Below are positions 58,229 to 64,000 of a stretch of 64,000 bases of DNA, piece by piece. The notes under the pieces were generated by a model. It was not told where the DNA came from. It saw nothing but the letters and a program-made list of their open reading frames with translations, and did not search any database. How positions within the stretch are numbered: position 1 is the first letter of the stretch; each line of letters starts with the position of its first letter. The stretch is from Octopus vulgaris (taxonomy: Eukaryota). Made by a program: the position numbers and the translations under genes. The stretch spans positions 39,680,001 through 39,744,000 of the forward strand of contig OX597814.1 of assembly GCA_951406725.2 (NCBI GenBank), written 5' to 3'.

Positions 58229-59097
58229 GTACGATAGTGACAAGTGGAACAAAGATGTTTTGAAAAGACTTAAATGATTAGATAATGAATTACAGTTCGG
58301 TGATGAAATTAAACTGCAGATTTTGTTTCTTCAGAATACATATCTGTATGTATAATGATTGCCAATGACTACAAGACCTACCGATTATAATTACGTTTTA
58401 CAGATAATTCTGAAAACTTGATTTGAATATGCTTCAGACATTCTTAACCGAAAATAAAGAAAAATCTGGCTTCTGTTGCTATCTTCGTAAAACATATCGT
58501 AAAGAAAATACTGCGAAACATTTTGTGCAGAATACGTGGCCCTAACTTCCAACTAATCGTATTGTTACTATTATTATCTTTATAAATAATTGCTGTTCTA
58601 GCATTTCTTTTCGGAGCTACGAATTTTGGATTTGTGTCAGGAAATAGGCATGCAAAAATAAATATATGATAATGGTACATATAATTTCAAAGAAAATAAG
58701 ACAACAGCAAAAACATAACTTTCAGAACAATTGCATCTCCAACTTAGGCTGAGTGTCACAGAGAAATACACTCTAAAATATTTGAACATGTTGAACATTA
58801 TTGATTGGATTCTGGTTAAAAGAGAACATGGACTCAGGGCGATACAAATTGAAACAAATTAGCTTTTTTATCTGCATTTCAGCTTTTGGAGGAATAAAAT
58901 ATATTCCTTGATTTAATCTTGCCGATGTTGTTGTTCCATGAAATTATAATATTGTCGTAAATAAAAGAAATCATATTTTTTTCCGAGCATCAACAAACTG
59001 TCAACTTTCCTAAAGTATAATAAAATTATTATTAATATGAATATTAGAAATTGAGGAAAGAGGTATTTCGTTCATCCTATTTAATTATATGAAAAAA

Positions 59098-59169
<72 letters not shown>

Positions 59170-59842
59170 GTGTAAACGTGTGTTACGGACCGAGAATTCG
59201 TGTATGTTTTACAGTCGTTCTGGTTCTCTAAGCTTTATGCTCTTTCAAATGTGTTTAACAATTTGTAGGGATTTCACTGTATTTTTTCACACAGCTGCCT
59301 CAGGCTTTCGTTTAGGTATACAAAGTTATACGAAATGGTATGTCTGTATGTGGTAGTTATAAGAAAACAAAAACAAAGAAAAGAAAAAGTCAGTAGAACT
59401 TTGAATGATCTACTCACAATTTCAATCAATCTTCGAATATTAAAACAAAGAAAAATATTTCCCGTCGATTTGTTTGTTACTTTAATTTGAACATGTCTTG
59501 ATTAGCGTTGATTATAATTCGGATCATTGGATTATTAATAATTGTCATGCATTATATAAATGCTCAAATTATCGCCTCTTAACATTATTCTCATGAACAA
59601 TTTTAAATTCATTAAATATACATGAATATATGCATACACACATACACAACACACATATGTACGAATATGTGTTTAGATATATGTATACATGTATTTAGCC
59701 ATACTTTCACACATGTATTGGCCTGTGTATGTATATATATATATATATATATACACGCATATATATATACACATATGTAAGTTTGTGTGTATGTATGCGT
59801 ATATATATATATACATATACCTATATATACATGCATGTATAA

Positions 59843-59910
<68 letters not shown>

Positions 59911-60411
59911 TCAATTATACATACATTCTCTTAAAGCAGCTATGATTCCTCAGAAAGAGGGTAGAAAATTTTAATGTGTTCATCCATTGATCTTCTCAGC
60001 CATATATGCGAATTGTTGTATGTTATTCTACCCAATCTCTAAGATGGTAATAATATTAATAAAGAACAGCTAAAATGATTAAAAGATTATTGAAAAAAAG
60101 TATGAATAAATACGATAAAAATACTTGTCAAAAATACGAAAAAAAGTTTGTTGGCAAAATATGTTGCTTGAAATAAAAAGAAAATATGCTACAAAATATA
60201 AAACTTTGTGTTATATGATTAATATTTGTGAACTTTGTATGTCTCAATTATTGTTCAACTTAAAATTGCTTTATTTTCCCGATTTCATTTTTCCTATTTT
60301 AATCCTACAATTCTTTTTTTATATTTATCATTTGAAAGGTATGTGTTTTACAGTGGAAATGATATAATGAAAACACAATGGCTTTTGAACATATTTGTTG
60401 TCCTTATTCGC

Positions 60412-60448
<37 letters not shown>

Positions 60449-61089
60449 TATATATATATAATCTAATTATTGAAAATTCAAATTCGAAGATGCAAGAGGA
60501 CATTATTTATTGTATTATTTATTTATTTACTTTTACATAACAGCTTGAAATATTCTATTACTCTTGTATATGATTTTATATTCGACTTCCATTTAACAGA
60601 AGAATTAAGCATCAAGTGGTTTTCCGAATAAAATATCAAAAGAAGATAAGTGCCCATCTACACCGGAGACAAATTGACTCACTACACAAAATATTATTTT
60701 TGATATTTATCTTATTAAACATAATTAATATTACAGAAACATTTAAAATTATCAATACCTAAAGTAGTGTTCAAAAAGGGAACAGAGAACAATCACATTT
60801 CAATGAGCTACTTCGACCGTGCTTCTATGAGAAGTAATGTTTAAATTTTACAAAATCCAGATGTTATGCGTTTGTGGGATTGGGTGAAGTAGGATCGTTC
60901 CTTCTATGCATATATAGATATGAAGTAATGTTTTTACTGATTGTTGTAACGTTGTCTAATATATTTAAGATTAATTCGTTGTAAATAGTAGCTAAATTTT
61001 CAAGTTGAAGTAAACGACAGAGAAGTTTATTTGACTGGCCTTAAAATTTGTTATATTTTTAATATGGGTATAGATAATTTTACAACCAA

Positions 61090-62015
61090 TTTATTACTTA
61101 TGCATAAATGAGAGAATGTGCATATAAACACGCGGGCATACATACGTGCATACATATATTCACACTCACCCCTTCACACACGCGCGCGCACACGCACATA
61201 CACACTCATACACACCTATTGAGAGAGAGTGAGATAGATTCATAAAAAAGACAGAAAGATATTAATAATTTATAGTATCTGGGAACTCGTCAATTGCGAG
61301 AAATCTAATAAATCCAATAAGTCTGACATCTAAAAATTTCTCTAGGAATCGACTTCAATAGTTTTTTTTCTGAAATTCTATTATCTGAAGTTTCAGACTT
61401 TGTGCACTACAGAGCATGGTATCAACATTAAATTTTATTACATCAAAATATGTCGTAAATACTTCCGTAGAAAGCATTAAGAATTGACGAAACAGAGAAT
61501 ACGATGTACTCTGTTATTACTAAACTATATTTCACGCACATTGCCACAGATCGACTTAGTTATAATCGAAATTTCGTAATTGCAAAATCTAAATTTTTAT
61601 CACAATCTACGAATTTCCTTTCAAAATTGTCGTCATTCTGAAATGGACATTGGTGAAAAGATAAAATATGTTATAATCATTTGATTAAAATTCATGCAAA
61701 ATACGATTGATGCTCTAAGAGAATATCTTTAAAAGAAATTAAACCATGCATATGAAACGTTTACTATTACGAATGTTCCAAATCATGTACGAATTCACAA
61801 TGGTGTACTTCAAAATGTACAATATATATTTTCAGGAACCAAGCTTCTATATATTAAGATCAATCATGCTTTGAACAATACGTGTGATTGGACATATTTA
61901 TTGCTTATGCATATATGAGAGAATGTGCATATAAACATGCGGGCATACATGCGTGCATACATATATTCACATTCACCCATTCACACGCGCGCGCGCACAC
62001 GCACATACACGCTCA
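61090..62015 (+). repeat. About 120-bp direct repeat (61090-61208 and 61897-62015)
   Basis: CTTATGCATA.ATGAGAGAATGTGCATATAAACA.GCGGGCATACAT.CGTGCATACATATATTCACA.TCACCC is present twice. Confidence 0.85.
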
Positions 62016-62739
62016 AACACACATATTGAATACACATATATTAAATATAAGCGATTATGTAAAGATGTATATTCAACAACAAACAATAATGTTTTGGCAG
62101 TTTCTCTTTTTGCTAGTTACACCTCTAACCACATTATTTTTGCAAAGCACATGAACGTTGAAAATCCGTCATAACATGCGTTTAGCTTTTGTACTAAATA
62201 CAAATTTAATATTATAATAGATCATCTACTAATACTCATTAATTTTCACAATATTTCTCCTATAAATTGCTTTATCGTTAAAGAGGGTTACATTTTCTGT
62301 TCTATCCTTCACCAACAGAGTTCGTTTTTAAATTTGCACGTGATTCTCAGAAAATTACCATTTGAACGCTCATGACATAGCCTCAAAGACATTTTTGAAC
62401 CCTTCGAGGATATCAAGACGTTGTTCCAATTTCTAATTAGCGTCTAAACAAGGAAAAATAATTTCTCGCACTATCCAGATTCCATTTTAGTTATACATTC
62501 CCGGAAATTGAGGATATGGAATTCTTTATATATATGTATGTATACATAAACATATATATATACATATATATATACGGGTGTGTGTGATTGTGTATAGAAG
62601 AATATATTAATAAAAGGAATTCCAACCTTGTCTGATTTTCACGTTTTATTTACAATCTTATAATAATATAATATAAGATAATATAATATGATAAAATAAA
62701 ATAAAATAAAATAATAGAATGTTAAATGTTCATTTTGAT

Positions 62740-62784
62740 TGAACTAGTACTTTCATGCATTAAATTGTTCAATCTTCAGGTTCA
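62740..62784 (-). ncRNA. Putative minimal hammerhead ribozyme (left arm)
   Basis: TGAAC-CTGAAGA-TTGAACAATTTAATGCAT-GAAA-GTAC-TA-GTTCA. Stem I is 5 bp, stem III is palindromic (AGTACT) and the site is CUA. Stem II is partly mutated. Confidence 0.6.
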
Positions 62785-62857
62785 TGTAGTAGTGGTGAAT
62801 TGTGAACCATCTCGCTAGAGTAAAAAATTGTGAAGCATGACTGTCACCACTACTACA

Positions 62858-62902
62858 TGAACCTGAAGATTGCATAATTTAATGCATGAAAATACTTGTT
62901 CA
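62858..62902 (+). ncRNA. Putative minimal hammerhead ribozyme (right arm)
   Basis: TGAAC-CTGAAGA-T-TGCAT-aattta-ATGCA-T-GAAA-ATAC-TT-GTTCA. Stems I and II are intact and the stem III palindrome is mutated. Confidence 0.6.
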
Positions 62903-63019
62903 ATCAGAATGAACATTTAACACTCTATTATTTTATTTTATTATATTATATTATATTATATTATTATAAGATTGTAAATAAAACGTGAAAAGCAGACAAG
63001 GTTGGAATTCCTTTTATTA

Positions 63020-63076
<57 letters not shown>

Positions 63077-63089
63077 CACACACACACAA

Positions 63090-63133
<44 letters not shown>

Positions 63134-63137
<4 letters not shown>

Positions 63138-63330
63138 GTGTGAGTACACAAAACACAAAAGTCGGAGACAGTTGGTGTGGACAACAAACATATGTATCAG
63201 TATTAACCTCGGGAAATGAAAAAAGTCTTTAACGTTTCGAGCTTACGCTCTTCCACAGAAAGCCACACATAAATAAATAAGGAGAGAAAATAAAGAATGT
63301 GTAGTGATTCGCGATCTATCAGGGCGATGA
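63134..63330 (-). mobile_element. Short TA-adjacent repeat with a variant hammerhead motif (63227-63262)
   Basis: The minus strand reads CTTT-CTGTGGA-A-GAGC-GTAA-GCTC-GAAA-CG-TT-AAAG. It is homologous to 56770-56945. Confidence 0.75.
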
Positions 63331-63406
63331 ATTAAGTTACTCTTTCATGCGTCACGCAGCCATTAGCTTTATGTAGTGAGAGTCGTGTTCCACAATTGAC
63401 AACTGC

Positions 63407-63438
<32 letters not shown>

Positions 63439-63476
63439 CACAAATGGAAGATGGAATATACGAGAATTTATTACTA

Positions 63477-63582
63477 ATCACGACAATCGTTTCGGCTCAT
63501 CTAGTATAAATCCCTCTTTTGCGGGGCACTCAACGACTGGTTCTGGAACACCTAGTGGTGCACATGTACCTCGTCGGGTGAT
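63477..63582 (-). ncRNA. Putative hammerhead ribozyme with long stem II
   Basis: The minus strand reads ATCAC-CCGACGA-GGTACAT...(about 75 nt in total)...ATGAGCC-GAAA-CGATTG-TC-GTGAT. Stem I is ATCAC/GTGAT, stem III is near-palindromic and the site is canonical GUC. The core has a U4-to-C change. Confidence 0.6.
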
Positions 63583-64000
63583 AAATAAATACAACTCGTT
63601 AAAATGACTGATCACGCAATCCAGCGAGAAAAGTATTAAAAATAACCGTTAACAGATATTATATATAAACTCACTCGGGGAAGCTTCGTGGCGCGAGTAC
63701 TGTCACTCATACAAACATCCAAATAAAATGTGAGCATATGCACACGTGAGGTTTGGTGCAATCATGATCAAAAAGCGAGTTAATCATTGAGTTGGTGTTT
63801 ATAATAATGGGGAAGTTAAAATTAATACATAATGTTAATAGTTTATCAAAATTCCTTCTCCCTGCATTGTGCGAAAGTACATTTGTATGCATACATGCAC
63901 CTCGAGAGTAATTTAGAAATTCCATTAATTATCTTGTCGTTGGTTCACAGAATAGACAGAGACTCCTCAGAGAATAGACAGGGGCGCTCTTGGGAATTAT

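Larger units (their letters stand above)
62605..63022. repeat. About 420-bp high-identity fold-back with a hammerhead motif in each arm
   Basis: Arms are 62605-62798 and 62844-63022 (TATTAATAAAAGGAATTCCAACCTTGTCTG / CAGACAAGGTTGGAATTCCTTTTATTAATA; TCTTCAGGTTCATGTAGTAGTGGTGA / TCACCACTACTACATGAACCTGAAGA). The spacer is 45 nt and the flanks are TA/TG-rich. Confidence 0.95.

Noticed and set aside
58444-58680. Possible exon of a second gene (78-aa ORF; GHVFCTKC RING-like string in another frame)
   Set aside because: The motif is bounded by stops, with no convincing splice sites or partner exons.

Overview
AT-rich, microsatellite-dense animal genomic DNA. The repeat repertoire suggests a coleoid cephalopod, probably Octopus, which is an inference. 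I find one protein-coding gene: a predicted two-exon + strand gene (17575-17868 joined to 32346-33977, about 641 aa). It encodes a secreted, cysteine-rich protein with a duplicated two-module ectodomain, a central ShKT-like six-cysteine motif and a GPI-like hydrophobic tail. The rest is transposon relics and simple repeats. These include four R4/Dong-type RLE LINE fragments tied to (TAA)n, two Tx1/L1-type fragments, an RTE fragment, two mariner-family relics and several tRNA-derived SINEs. The most striking unexplained structure is more than ten minimal hammerhead-ribozyme-like motifs (CUGANGA ... GAAA, short palindromic stem III, UH) of the kind known from Penelope-like elements. Five fold-back elements each carry one such motif per arm, reading outward, and two tRNA-headed SINE types carry one in their tail. 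Nearly all other ORFs in the track are microsatellite artefacts. All assignments were made by eye, without searches or folding programs.
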